Shown piece after piece: positions 1 through 9,880 of a stretch of 34,829 nt of DNA. The stretch is taken from the sequence record DRR378314_2384. One strand, 5' to 3'. The stretch's first letter is position 1. Each line of letters begins with the position of its first letter. The notes under the pieces are model-generated. The model was not told the origin of the DNA. It saw nothing but the letters and a program-made list of their open reading frames with translations, and did no database searches. A program made the translations under genes and the position numbers.

Positions 1-43
1 CGGATTTTGAATCCGTCGTGTCTACCAATTTCACCACGCCGCC
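1..43 (-). tRNA. tRNA-Leu (anticodon CAA), 5' part; 3' part lies beyond the window edge
   Basis: Minus strand reads GGCGGCG-TG-GTGAAATTGGTAGACAC-G-ACGGA-TT-CAA-AA-TCCG: acceptor 5' strand, Leu-type D arm with TGGTAGA, and an anticodon stem ACGGA/TCCG with a 7-nt loop centred on CAA. Confidence 0.93.
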
Positions 44-60
44 ATCGGAGAGTGCTGGGG

Positions 61-88
61 ATTATACTGAGGTTGAATCTGAAAGCAA
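61..88 (-). promoter_or_regulatory. sigma70 promoter of tRNA-Leu
   Basis: Minus strand TTGCTT-N16-TATAAT followed by a GC-rich discriminator (CCCCAGC), just upstream of the tRNA 5' end; typical stable-RNA promoter. Confidence 0.8.
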
Positions 89-95
89 TAACAAG

Positions 96-118
96 TGCCG
101 GACTTCCTTGTTCCGGCA
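96..118 (-). terminator. Hairpin after flgL, probable terminator
   Basis: TGCCGGA-N9-TCCGGCA inverted repeat immediately after the flgL stop; only a weak U-tract on the minus strand. Confidence 0.5.
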
Positions 119-124
119 GGCTTT

Positions 125-1336
125 TTACAGACGATCAAATAATGAAAGGCGCGAGACCTGGGCAAACGACTGCTGCGCAGCCTGCAGTACAAAGCTCTGG
201 AAACTCAGATTACTGATGGCCTCCGCGTAGTCCACGTCACGCAATTGCGAACGGATGTCCTCGCTGTAAACCGATGAGTCCTCGAGGAACGATTTGGTGG
301 TGTCCACCGCATTCAGGCGGCCGCCAAGCTCGGTCTGCTTCTGGACAAAACTTTCCTGCGCATTGTCCAGGTTCTGGAGAGACTGCGCGATCAGGTCGTC
401 ATAGGCCGCCTGCCCGCCTGGCGAACTCTTGTCGATATTGTCGAGTCCGTCGATCAGATTTTCGATGGTGGCAAAAACCGATTGCCTCTCACCGGCGCGA
501 AGGGTGAATTCATCACCATCGCCCGCGTCGGTGATCGTCGCCTGCACGCCAGCAACCTCGAAAGACTCTCCGCTGGTGTACGCCGCTGGTGTCACTGTCA
601 GCGGATCGCCAGTGCGGCTATTCACCGCGCTGACGGTTCCCGCTACGGTGTCAACGGTAATGGTGATATCGTCCGGCGATACAGTCGAAAATGCGCCATC
701 GTTGGCCACCTGAATCCCATCGATTCGTGCGGCGGCCGCATTGCCAGGATCACCCTCGGCAAACACCGCAGCAGGAATGGTCGAATAGATGCCTTTGCCA
801 TGGTCGCTGATAGGCACCGTCACCCCATCGTCGATCTCCAGCACTCGTTGACCCTCATCGCCCTGGTAGACCCAACTGCCGGAGGCGTCCTTGGCAAAGG
901 CGGCTGTGGAGCCCTGAAAGCCACTGAAGATGTATTCGCCGGAGGCATCCCGGGTGTTGGCAATGTTGGCCAACTGTCCGATGCGCTCCTTTAACTCCGA
1001 CGAGATGGACTTGCGGTCGTTGGGCGACAGCGAGCCGTTGCCGGCCTGGACCGTCAGTTCCCTGATTCGCTGGACCACATCCACCGAGCCGGCAAGCGCA
1101 CTTTCCTCTTGCTGCAGCCGGTTTTCCGCAAGCCCGGCGTTGCGCTGGTATGTCTCGATCCGGGAAAGCTCCTGATCCAGCTTCAGAATACGCGCCGCCG
1201 CAACAGGGTCGTCTGAAGGCTTATTGACCCGCTTGCCCGTCGAAATCTGCTCCTGGGTTTGATTCAGGCTGCTATTCAGTTCCTGCAGCCGGTTGATACC
1301 ACCGGAGAATATCTGTTGTGATGAAATTCTGATCAT
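125..1336 (-). CDS. flgL: Flagellar hook-associated protein 3 (hook-filament junction)
   Basis: N-term MIRISSQQIF...QISTGKRVNKPSDDPVAAA; C-term DVDYAEAISNL...LSLFDRL; follows flgK. Confidence 0.96.
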   Translation of the reverse strand: MIRISSQQIFSGGINRLQELNSSLNQTQEQISTGKRVNKPSDDPVAAARILKLDQELSRIETYQRNAGLAENRLQQEESALAGSVDVVQRIRELTVQAGNGSLSPNDRKSISSELKERIGQLANIANTRDASGEYIFSGFQGSTAAFAKDASGSWVYQGDEGQRVLEIDDGVTVPISDHGKGIYSTIPAAVFAEGDPGNAAAARIDGIQVANDGAFSTVSPDDITITVDTVAGTVSAVNSRTGDPLTVTPAAYTSGESFEVAGVQATITDAGDGDEFTLRAGERQSVFATIENLIDGLDNIDKSSPGGQAAYDDLIAQSLQNLDNAQESFVQKQTELGGRLNAVDTTKSFLEDSSVYSEDIRSQLRDVDYAEAISNLSFQSFVLQAAQQSFAQVSRLSLFDRL

Positions 1337-1355
1337 GTCACATCACCTCGCACTG

Positions 1356-3404
1356 TTACCGGAAACTCTGCAACAGGGTATTGAACAAATCCTGGGCTAC
1401 GCTCACCACCTGGGCGGACGCGTTATAGGCGGCCTGGTACTGGATCAGCTTGCCAGCCTCTTCGTCCAGGTTTACGCCTGAGACGGATTCCCGCTGGTTG
1501 GTGGACTGCTCCAGCAGCGTGCTACCAGCGTCTTTATCCAGTTGGCTCTGCCGGGTTTTCACACCAATATCTTCCACTAACCCTGCGTAGCCCTCGGCGA
1601 AACTCTGGCTGCCGTTGTTAAGAGTGTTCTCGGTACCCAACGCCGCCAGGAACTCGGCATTACGGTTGTCTGACACGCCGTCGGTGTTGTAATTGATGCT
1701 GAACGAATCCCCGGCCCTTGGGTTCCCAGAGATTTCGAACTGGAAGCCGAAATAATCCGGTGAGCGCGGGTCCTCGGTGAACAGCTTGTTGGACTGACCG
1801 GGCTGGAACACATTAACCGGAGGGACGGCTGCGGCATCCCCAGCCTGCAGGACCGTGTTCGTGTTGGCGTCGACAATGTCATAGACAAGCTGGCCGCCAT
1901 CATCACGGAACTGAATATCCAGCGGTGGGTCCAGTTGCCCGTCCTGTCGGAAATTGCCCAGCAGGGAGTTGGTAAACGGGTCCCTGACATCCAGCATCTT
2001 GCCCTGGTTGATCGTGGCATCCCCGGTATTACTGGCAGAACCTTCCGCCCTGACCGGGCTCGCAAATGCCAGGTCCTCTTCGCGGCTGACTTCCAGGCCG
2101 ATATTGGCTGCTGCATTGCGTGTCGGCTCAATCAGGAACTTGTCGCCAGCGTTGAAGGTGCCACCTTCAATACGGATATTGAATCCAGGCATGGAAATCT
2201 CGGACTGTACCGGGTCCGGCAGGCGGCCCTGATTGACCACCTCCCCAGTGGCACGGTCAACGAGCTCGAAATTGCGTCCATCACCGCCAAACTGCAGCGA
2301 CCAGCTACCCGCGGGAAGATCAGAGGTGTCGATGATTTCAACCGCTAGCTGAGCGTCTCGCGGCGCACCGTTGTTGGCATTGGCGATCACCCGGCCGCTC
2401 TGGGCCGCCGGCGAGTTGATGTTGCTGAAGAACAGGCCGCCCAGATCGCCCTCAAGATCCATACCGATTTCATGTTGGTGGTTGAGGGTTTCGGATAAGG
2501 CGAGCGCAACCCGACCAAGTTCTGCAAAGGCAGGCTGCAGGGCTTCGGATTCGAATCGTCGCAGGCCACCGAGCTTGCCGCCGTTGACCTGGCTGTCCAC
2601 GTTCAACGTCCGGCCACCCGTGGTAAGGGTGAACTCCAGGGTGGTCGGGTCTTCGGCATTGTCACGGGTACCCAATTGCGCCGCCCTGTCACCCACAACC
2701 AACGCCTGGCCATTGCGCAGCGATACATTCACCTGGCTGCCTTCGGCCTGGACCACACTGATGTTGACCAGCTCAGACAGCTCACGGAGTTTTTCGTCGC
2801 GCTTGTCCAGCAACTCGTTGGGTTCACGGCCCTGAGCCAGCCCTGGCGATTCCGAGATCGCAAGGTTAAGCTCTGCGATGCTTTTCAGCAGCGTGTTGGC
2901 ATCCTTGACGCCCTGCTCCATCTGCGTCTTGACGGATTCCCGCTGTTGAATGAATTCCTGGTTGAGGGCTTCAAAGCGGTTCACCACCTGCTGCGCCTCA
3001 CTCAGCACCAGCTGCCTTTGGGGCAACGATGCCGGGTCCTCGGCAGCGTTCTGCAAACTGGCAAAGAAGTTGTTCAGGGCGTTACTCAGGCCGGTGGACT
3101 CGCCACCCAGCAGGTTATCCAGGCGCGACAACTCCGAATTCAAGGCTTCCTGCTCACCAAACAGCGAGCTGTCTTCCCGCACCTGCTGCGTGAGGTACTC
3201 GTTCGCCAAGCGCCGAATGTTGGTCACGTTTACGCCGGTACCAATCGAACCCGCACCCGTGCGCTGGGCCGACTGGGTTTCAAACTGCACTTCCTGCCGG
3301 CTGTAGCCAGGTGTATTGGCGTTGGTGATGTTGTTACCGGTGGTGTTCAGCGCCGCCTGGTGCCCGAGGATACCGGTCAGACCAATATTGATGAGCCCTG
3401 CCAT
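1356..3404 (-). CDS. flgK: Flagellar hook-associated protein 1
   Basis: LNTTGNNITNANTPGYSRQ at N-term; SGVNLDEEAGKLIQYQAAYNASAQV at C-term. Confidence 0.96.
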   Translation of the reverse strand: MAGLINIGLTGILGHQAALNTTGNNITNANTPGYSRQEVQFETQSAQRTGAGSIGTGVNVTNIRRLANEYLTQQVREDSSLFGEQEALNSELSRLDNLLGGESTGLSNALNNFFASLQNAAEDPASLPQRQLVLSEAQQVVNRFEALNQEFIQQRESVKTQMEQGVKDANTLLKSIAELNLAISESPGLAQGREPNELLDKRDEKLRELSELVNISVVQAEGSQVNVSLRNGQALVVGDRAAQLGTRDNAEDPTTLEFTLTTGGRTLNVDSQVNGGKLGGLRRFESEALQPAFAELGRVALALSETLNHQHEIGMDLEGDLGGLFFSNINSPAAQSGRVIANANNGAPRDAQLAVEIIDTSDLPAGSWSLQFGGDGRNFELVDRATGEVVNQGRLPDPVQSEISMPGFNIRIEGGTFNAGDKFLIEPTRNAAANIGLEVSREEDLAFASPVRAEGSASNTGDATINQGKMLDVRDPFTNSLLGNFRQDGQLDPPLDIQFRDDGGQLVYDIVDANTNTVLQAGDAAAVPPVNVFQPGQSNKLFTEDPRSPDYFGFQFEISGNPRAGDSFSINYNTDGVSDNRNAEFLAALGTENTLNNGSQSFAEGYAGLVEDIGVKTRQSQLDKDAGSTLLEQSTNQRESVSGVNLDEEAGKLIQYQAAYNASAQVVSVAQDLFNTLLQSFR

Positions 3405-3409
3405 AACGT

Positions 3410-4402
3410 TTACTCCTCAGCCCCGCGGGTACCCATGGACAGGGTTGCCATGGAATCATTGTTCATGATGCGGCGGATCTTGGCACCGTAGTTCGGGTCG
3501 GTGGCATAACCGGCTTCCTGCAACCGGTTTGCAAACAACTCGGGATCGTCCGCAGCCGCCAGTACATCCCGATAGCGGGGGTTGGACTCCAGGAACGAGA
3601 CATAATCCCGGAAGCTGGATTCGTAGTCGGGATAGGCCCGGAAGGCCGCTCGTTCATTCATCGGAAGGCCTTCACGGAATTCGGTGGTTGCAATATCCAC
3701 GGATTCTCCCTGCCAGCGCGTATCCGCCTTGATACCGAACAGGTTGAAACTGGGCGAACCACCCTCGCCTTCAATCATGTGCCGGCCCCAGCCGGTTTCC
3801 AGCGCCGCCTGGGCAATCATCAGGCGTGGGTTGATACCGCTTTGCGCAGCCACCTTTTCAGCAACAGGCAGGAGTTCACGAACAAACTGTTCCGGCGAGT
3901 CGAATCGGTCCGGCAACGCCTTGCTGATGGCCGGCATCGCCGCGTGATCGTCTGTGTCGGCCACCTGATTCACCTTGCTCACCTGCTCAGGCAGGCGCGA
4001 TGACAGCACCGGAAGGCTACGGTCATAATCCGCCAGCGCTGTCTTGTGGGCTGCCATGGGCTCGCCCTTTTCATCCAGGCCAGGGATCTGTCGGCTGAGC
4101 TGGCGCACCAGGGCCTCGGAAATACCGGTACCCTGCTTTTGCGACAACGTCAGGCTCAACTGGTTGTCGAACATCTCGCGATAGAATTCCGACTGTTGGC
4201 TGTTAAAGTAACCGCCCTCCGCAAACACATCCCCGGCCTTACGCATCGCCTTGACCATCTCTGAGAGGAACAGGCCTTCAAACTGCTTGGCCACTTCCTT
4301 CAGCGCCGCTTCCTCGTCGGTACGGGCCTGAGTCTTCAACGCGTTAAGACCGCTGAAATCGGTGTAGATCTGTGCTTTCTGGAGACTGGAATCCTGCATC
4401 AC
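3410..4402 (-). CDS. flgJ: Flagellar rod cap / peptidoglycan hydrolase (rod-binding + GH73 domains)
   Basis: VAKQFEGLFLSEMVKAMR rod-binding motif; AQAALETGWG, NLFGIKA and GYATDPNY hydrolase motifs. Confidence 0.96.
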   Translation of the reverse strand: MMQDSSLQKAQIYTDFSGLNALKTQARTDEEAALKEVAKQFEGLFLSEMVKAMRKAGDVFAEGGYFNSQQSEFYREMFDNQLSLTLSQKQGTGISEALVRQLSRQIPGLDEKGEPMAAHKTALADYDRSLPVLSSRLPEQVSKVNQVADTDDHAAMPAISKALPDRFDSPEQFVRELLPVAEKVAAQSGINPRLMIAQAALETGWGRHMIEGEGGSPSFNLFGIKADTRWQGESVDIATTEFREGLPMNERAAFRAYPDYESSFRDYVSFLESNPRYRDVLAAADDPELFANRLQEAGYATDPNYGAKIRRIMNNDSMATLSMGTRGAEE

Positions 4403-4408
4403 ACGCCC

Positions 4409-5506
4409 CTATATCACGATCAGCTCGGCCCGCAGAGCGCCGGCCTGTTTGAGCGCTTCCAATACCGCCATGACATCGCCGGGGGCAGCACCAACCTGGT
4501 TCACCGCCTGAACGATTTCATTCAGCGTGACCGCAGGCCCAAACTGGAACATTCTTGCCGGGTCTTCGGTAATGGCGATCTGGGTATTGGGTTCAATTAC
4601 CGTCTCCCCATCGGTAAAGGGATTGGGTTGGTTGGCTTCCGGGTTCTCCTCAATGGTCACCGTCAGGTTGCCATGAGTGACCGCCGCCGGGCTGACCTTC
4701 ACGTTCTGCCCCACCACGATGGTGCCGGTACGGCTGTTGATCACCACCTTGGCAGCATCTTCGGCAGGATTGACCTCAATGTTCTCCAGGATGGAGAGAA
4801 AGCTCACCCGCTGGGACGGATCCCGGGGCGCCTTTACGGAGACCGACGTGGCATCGTGGGCGTACGCCATATCCGGCCCCAATTGGCCATTGATGGCTTC
4901 CACTACACGACGGGCCGTGGTGAAGTCAGCTCGCAGGAGATTGAACGTAATGGTATCGCCGCGAGTGAACGGAGACATCACTTCCCGCTCAATGGTCGCG
5001 CCGTTGGGGATACGGCCAACGCTTGGAACGTTCACGGTAATCCGCGAACCGTCCGCGCCCTGGGCGCCGAAGCCTCCCACCACCAGGCTGCCCTGGGCCA
5101 TGGCATAGATCTTGTCGTCCGCTCCCTTCAACGGCGACATCAACAGGGTACCGCCACGCAGGCTATCGGCGTTGCCGATGGACGACACCGTAATGTCCAC
5201 CTCCTGCCCTGGCTTGGCGAAAGGCGGCAGGTTGGCCGTAATGGTCACAGCGGCAACGTTGGCAAGATTGGGGTTAACGCCCGGCGGCAGGGTAATGCCG
5301 AACTGGGTCATCATGTTGCGAAACGTCTGATTGGTAAAAGGCGCCTTGTCACCGGTGCCATCGAGGCCAACCACCAGGCCGTAACCTACCAACTGGTTGT
5401 TACGCACACCCTTGATGCGCGCCAGGTCCTTCAGGCGATCCGCCAGCACAGGCGCTGCGATCACGGAGAGCGCGACCATCAGTATCCCAAACCTCAGCAT
5501 TTTCAT
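4409..5506 (-). CDS. flgI: Flagellar P-ring protein
   Basis: [42 protein letters not shown]; start set at ATG 5506, which overlaps the flgH stop (ATGA). Confidence 0.96.
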   Translation of the reverse strand: MKMLRFGILMVALSVIAAPVLADRLKDLARIKGVRNNQLVGYGLVVGLDGTGDKAPFTNQTFRNMMTQFGITLPPGVNPNLANVAAVTITANLPPFAKPGQEVDITVSSIGNADSLRGGTLLMSPLKGADDKIYAMAQGSLVVGGFGAQGADGSRITVNVPSVGRIPNGATIEREVMSPFTRGDTITFNLLRADFTTARRVVEAINGQLGPDMAYAHDATSVSVKAPRDPSQRVSFLSILENIEVNPAEDAAKVVINSRTGTIVVGQNVKVSPAAVTHGNLTVTIEENPEANQPNPFTDGETVIEPNTQIAITEDPARMFQFGPAVTLNEIVQAVNQVGAAPGDVMAVLEALKQAGALRAELIVI

Positions 5507-6210
5507 AGCGGGAACCACTCACTGTTGAAGAACCGCGCCAGCCAGCCCATCTGGTTAGCCTGGTCAAAGTCACCGGTACCGCCATAGGCAATACGAGCAT
5601 CGGCAATACGGTTAGAGGCCACGGTGTTATCCGGTGAGATATCCTCCGGGCGCACCAGGCCGGTCAGGCGGATGTATTCATCGCCATTGGTCAGCGACAG
5701 CCACTTCTCACCACGAATATGGAGAACGCCGTTCGGCAGGACTTCGGTCACTGTCACGGTAATATTACCCGCCAGACTGTTGCTCTGATCCGCTTCTGCC
5801 TGCCCTTCGAAATCACGCTCCAGGTTGATGTCTGTTCCCAGCCCGAAGTTGCCATTACCCAGAATTTCCGGGTCGATCATCGAAATCTCGTTGTCCTTGG
5901 TGATGCTGCTTTCAGCGTTCTTGCTCGCCCGCGTTGACTCTTCCAGGGTCACCGTCAGGATGTCCCCTACGTTCAACGCCACGGTATCGCCATAAAGGCT
6001 GTAGTTCCGCGAGGACTGGTAGATCGCTCCGGACTCCGGGTCCCGCTGCATCATTGCTTCGGCACGGACTGGCGCGTATTGCGGGTCATCCGGAACCGCC
6101 CGTGGCCGGCTCATGGCGGTACACCCCTGAAGCACAACCAGCACCGCCACCAGCGCAACGGTGCCGCCGTAATGCCTGGTCGCTCTGTTGTTGGTATTAA
6201 TGGGTGTCAT
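5503..6210 (-). CDS. flgH: Flagellar L-ring lipoprotein
   Basis: Lipobox [50 protein letters not shown]. Confidence 0.96.
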   Translation of the reverse strand: MTPINTNNRATRHYGGTVALVAVLVVLQGCTAMSRPRAVPDDPQYAPVRAEAMMQRDPESGAIYQSSRNYSLYGDTVALNVGDILTVTLEESTRASKNAESSITKDNEISMIDPEILGNGNFGLGTDINLERDFEGQAEADQSNSLAGNITVTVTEVLPNGVLHIRGEKWLSLTNGDEYIRLTGLVRPEDISPDNTVASNRIADARIAYGGTGDFDQANQMGWLARFFNSEWFPL

Positions 6211-6239
6211 GATTCCCCCCTTCTGCCGTCCGCTACCGG

Positions 6240-7028
6240 TTAACCAATGTTGTTCGTGATGAACTGAAGCATCTGGTCGGTTGCGGAGACCACTTTCGAG
6301 TTCATTTCGTACGCGCGCTGGGTGGTGATCATATTCACCAGCTCTTCCACTACTTCCACGTTGGACGCTTCCACCATGCCCTGCTCCAACGTGCCCAGGC
6401 CGCCGATGCCAGGCTCGCCCTCTGCGGGATCGCCGCTGGCATTGGTCGCCTTGAACAGGTTGTTACCGATAGCCTGCAGGCCCTGCGGGTTAATGAAATC
6501 CACCAGGGTAATTTCGCCCAGGTTCACCGGCGCCGCCTGATCATCGGTAATCGCGGTAACGGTGCCGTCCTTGCCGATGGTGATATTCGTCGCGTTCTCC
6601 GGAACGTTGATGTTCGGTTCCAGGGTGTAGCCATCGGGGTTAACGATGTCACCATCGGAGTTCAGCTGGAACTGACCGTCACGGGTGTAGGCGATCTGCC
6701 CATCCGGGAGCAGAATCTGCATGAAGCCGCGACCGTTCACCGCCATATCCAGCGGCTGCTCGGTGACTTCCAGATTGCCCTGGGAAAACTGTTTGGCGGT
6801 GCCGACAATGCGAACACCCGTACCCAACTGAAGGCCGGATGGCAGCTCCGAGTTCTGGGTATTCAGCCCCCCGGGTTGCCGGTCAATCTGGTACAGCAGG
6901 TCCTGAAACACCGCACGGTCACGTTTGAAACCGGTGGTGTTCACGTTGGCCAGGTTGTTGGAGATCGTGGACATGTTGGTGTCCTGTGCGCTCAACCCGG
7001 TTTTGCTGACCCAAAGTGCTGGATGCAT
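6240..7028 (-). CDS. flgG: Flagellar distal rod protein
   Basis: MHPALWVSKTGL...ISNNLANVNTTGFK; SNVEVVEELVNMITTQRAYEMNSK; 262 aa. Confidence 0.97.
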   Translation of the reverse strand: MHPALWVSKTGLSAQDTNMSTISNNLANVNTTGFKRDRAVFQDLLYQIDRQPGGLNTQNSELPSGLQLGTGVRIVGTAKQFSQGNLEVTEQPLDMAVNGRGFMQILLPDGQIAYTRDGQFQLNSDGDIVNPDGYTLEPNINVPENATNITIGKDGTVTAITDDQAAPVNLGEITLVDFINPQGLQAIGNNLFKATNASGDPAEGEPGIGGLGTLEQGMVEASNVEVVEELVNMITTQRAYEMNSKVVSATDQMLQFITNNIG

Positions 7029-7113
7029 GTCGTCTACTCCTTGCCGGGGGCGGTTTCAATGCGGCCGATTGTTGCCGCTTTTGCACCCACCCAGGCGATG
7101 GTCATAAGGTTTA

Positions 7114-7866
7114 TCAGAGATTCTGCAACAGTCGTGCCGAAGCCTCGGAATTCTCGTTGGCGGCGGTCATTACCTTCACCTGCATTTCGTACTGACGGGA
7201 CAACTGCAGGTTGGAAATCATCTCTTCCACCGCGTTCACGTTGGAGCTTTCCAGAAAGCCCGACGCTACCCGCATGTTGGCATCCGGCGGTTCCGGGCCG
7301 TCCAGCGCCTGGTCCGCCTTGCGTCGGATGAAACCGTCCTGGCCTTTTTCCAGCGCTTCCCTTGGCGGGTTCACAAGCTTCAGGCGGTCCACCTCCACAA
7401 GCTGGTCCGGCGGGCCGCCGACGGGCACCACTGAGATGGTGCCGTCCGCGCCAATCTGCACGTTGTCGAAAGGAGGCAATGCCACCGGTCCGCCATTACC
7501 CATCACCATCTCTCCGCTGGAGAGTCGCATCAGGCCGTTGACGTCGATCTGCATACTGCCGGAACGGGTGAATACTTCCTCGCCCTGCTGGTTCTGCACA
7601 GCCAGCCAGCCGTCACCTTCAACGGCCACATCGAGTTTGCGGCCCGTGTCCATCAGCGCACCGGCGGACAGGTCTGTACCGGGCCTTTCGGCCATGGCAT
7701 AGGCTCGGGTGGGATGGTGCTCACCAAAGACCGGCATACTCCGGGCCTGGGCGAAATCCCGCTTGAAACCAGTGGTGCTGACGTTCGCCAGGTTGTTGGC
7801 GTGGGCGCGCTGGGACAGCATGTTCTGCTTGGCGCCGGACATTCCAATATAGAGGGCTTTGTCCAT
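7114..7866 (-). CDS. flgF: Flagellar proximal rod protein
   Basis: MDKALYIGMSGA...ANNLANVSTTGFK; LESSNVNAVEEM. Confidence 0.96.
   Translation of the reverse strand: MDKALYIGMSGAKQNMLSQRAHANNLANVSTTGFKRDFAQARSMPVFGEHHPTRAYAMAERPGTDLSAGALMDTGRKLDVAVEGDGWLAVQNQQGEEVFTRSGSMQIDVNGLMRLSSGEMVMGNGGPVALPPFDNVQIGADGTISVVPVGGPPDQLVEVDRLKLVNPPREALEKGQDGFIRRKADQALDGPEPPDANMRVASGFLESSNVNAVEEMISNLQLSRQYEMQVKVMTAANENSEASARLLQNL
7124..7139 (-). promoter_or_regulatory. sigma54 (-24/-12) promoter candidate inside the 3' end of flgF, upstream of flgG
   Basis: Minus strand CGGCACGACTGTTGCA = GG-N10-GC, near-perfect match to TGGCACG-N4-TTGCW. Confidence 0.65.
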
Positions 7867-7916
7867 GGGAAAACTCCTGCCGGAATTTTGACTGTTTCCA
7901 GTCTTTCCATTGTTCT

Positions 7917-7932
7917 AGCAGGAGTTGTGCCA
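7917..7932 (-). promoter_or_regulatory. sigma54 promoter of flgF
   Basis: Minus strand TGGCACAACTCCTGCT (GG-N10-GC) in the flgE-flgF gap. Confidence 0.8.
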
Positions 7933-7948
7933 TGTTCAGATTTTACGG

Positions 7949-9853
7949 TTAGCGGAGGTTGATCACCGTCTGGGTAACGGCGTCGGAGGTCTCAATGGTC
8001 TTGGCATTCGCCTGATAATTACGCTGGGCAATAATCAGGTTCACCAGTTCCGCAGACAGATCCACGTTGGACTCCTCAATGGAGCTGGCCTTGATCGAGC
8101 CCAGGGTTCCGGTATCCGGCGCACCGATGATCGGCTGACCGGACTCGAAGGTTTCCACCCAGGTGGTCTCGCCGACAGGCGACAGCCCATTGGTGTTATT
8201 GAACGATGCCAGGGCCACCTGCCCAAGGGATTGTGACTGACCGTTCGTGTAGCGGGCGAACAGTACGCCCTGGTCCGACACGTCCAGGCCGGAGAGCCGT
8301 CCCGTAGCGTAACCGTTCTGGCGCTGGTCATTCACACCGAACTCACTGCCGTACTGGGTGGTGTTGCCAAGATCCAGCACGAACGCAGAGGTGGTCGGAG
8401 GCTCGGGAATCGGCGTGGTAATGACCTCACCGGGTGCCGGAGGACCGTCTGCCCCGTTTGGCGTGCCGTCGGCATCCTTCGGTGTCCAGTCAGCGATCAG
8501 AATTTCACCGTTGGGGTCGCCATTCACCGATTGCAGTTCGCCGTCCTGGTCAAACCGGGCCTGATACGGGTTCTGGTCCGTACCACTGACAAACTCACCG
8601 TCTATCTGCAGGTACACCGACCACTCACTGACACCAACGCCGTTCCCCGGCGATGGCTGCTTTACATAGAACTGGGTCATCTCGTGGGAGTTACCCAGGC
8701 TGTCATAGACGGTGGTGGATGTGGCGTGGTTGTAAGTACGCTGATCCTGCGGATTGAACTGGTTGGTGATCTCGATGTTACGAGCATCCCAGGAATCCGT
8801 CAGGTTGGTAGCCCCGCTGGTTGATGCGATGCCGGTAATTTCCCGGTCGGCCTGAGGCCTCACTGTGCCAACGGCGGTCTCCGGCGCCTGGGCCGGGCCA
8901 TCACTGGTGAAACCCGCGGTGAGATTGTTACCACGATTGTCGATCAACCTCAGGTTGCCGCCGGTAATTGACGCCGAAATCGTTGGCGCCTGGGCATTGT
9001 TGATTGCGCTGACCAGGGAAGCAGCATCGGTCACTCCGGTCGTATCCACCGGCACCGTAACCCCGCCTACCGCCAGGTCAAAACTGAAATTGCCAGCGGC
9101 AATTGCGGCATTCAAGTCCGCCTCGGACATGCCCTCGTAGGTGGTGGTCGCCGATGCGGAAAGCCCATCCTGCCCGTTCAACACGTCCACGACATCCGCA
9201 GCAGAGAAATTGGGGTCGGGCGGAGTGGAGCCGTTAATAGGTACGCTCACCACACTGCCATCGGCATAGGTAATCTCAAACGTTTCCGCTGGAAAGCCTG
9301 TTGCGCCGGCAGGAGCTGTATAGTCGCCCATATCCGCAACCCGACGCTCCAAAACCGATTCCCGGGAATCCAGATTCAGATCGGAACGCAGATTGGTAGT
9401 GCGGCGGGGTGCCAGGTTATCGGTTTCAATTTGCAGATCGCCACGAATACCAGACAGGTTGCCATCGTCATCGGCGATGTAGCCCTGCACCCGCATGTTC
9501 TGGTTATTGGTTACAAAACCGTCTTTATCGATACCGAACTGCCCGGCACGGGAGTACCGCACTTCACCGCCGTTGTTCAGTACAAAGAAACCGTCGCCGT
9601 TGATGGCAAGGTCGAGGCCGTTATCCGTGAAACTGATGTTGCCCTGACCAAAGTTCTGCTTCACATCCTGCACTCGCACACCATCCCCAATTGGGTTGGA
9701 GCCGGAACTGAGAAAGCCACTGGCGTACAAATCACCGAACTGTGCCTTGCTGCCCTTGAAACCTACGGTGCTGGCGTTGGCAATGTTGTTACCGGTGACA
9801 TCCAGATCAACCGATGCCGCCCTTAATCCGCTAAGACCTGTGTTAAAAGCCAT
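7949..9853 (-). CDS. flgE: Flagellar hook protein, long form (634 aa)
   Basis: MAFNTGLSGL...GNNIANASTVGFK; VYDSLGNSHEM; EESNVDLSAELVNLIIAQRNYQANAKTI. Confidence 0.96.
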   Translation of the reverse strand: MAFNTGLSGLRAASVDLDVTGNNIANASTVGFKGSKAQFGDLYASGFLSSGSNPIGDGVRVQDVKQNFGQGNISFTDNGLDLAINGDGFFVLNNGGEVRYSRAGQFGIDKDGFVTNNQNMRVQGYIADDDGNLSGIRGDLQIETDNLAPRRTTNLRSDLNLDSRESVLERRVADMGDYTAPAGATGFPAETFEITYADGSVVSVPINGSTPPDPNFSAADVVDVLNGQDGLSASATTTYEGMSEADLNAAIAAGNFSFDLAVGGVTVPVDTTGVTDAASLVSAINNAQAPTISASITGGNLRLIDNRGNNLTAGFTSDGPAQAPETAVGTVRPQADREITGIASTSGATNLTDSWDARNIEITNQFNPQDQRTYNHATSTTVYDSLGNSHEMTQFYVKQPSPGNGVGVSEWSVYLQIDGEFVSGTDQNPYQARFDQDGELQSVNGDPNGEILIADWTPKDADGTPNGADGPPAPGEVITTPIPEPPTTSAFVLDLGNTTQYGSEFGVNDQRQNGYATGRLSGLDVSDQGVLFARYTNGQSQSLGQVALASFNNTNGLSPVGETTWVETFESGQPIIGAPDTGTLGSIKASSIEESNVDLSAELVNLIIAQRNYQANAKTIETSDAVTQTVINLR

Positions 9854-9880
9854 ACTTCACCTCGTGCTGTTTCACCGGTA

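Noticed and set aside
7-230. Two short plus-strand ORFs
   Set aside because: They overlap the tRNA-Leu gene, its promoter and the flgL end.
3519-3534. Possible sigma54 site before flgK (TTGCAAACCGGTTGCA on the minus strand)
   Set aside because: Lacks the invariant GG at -24.
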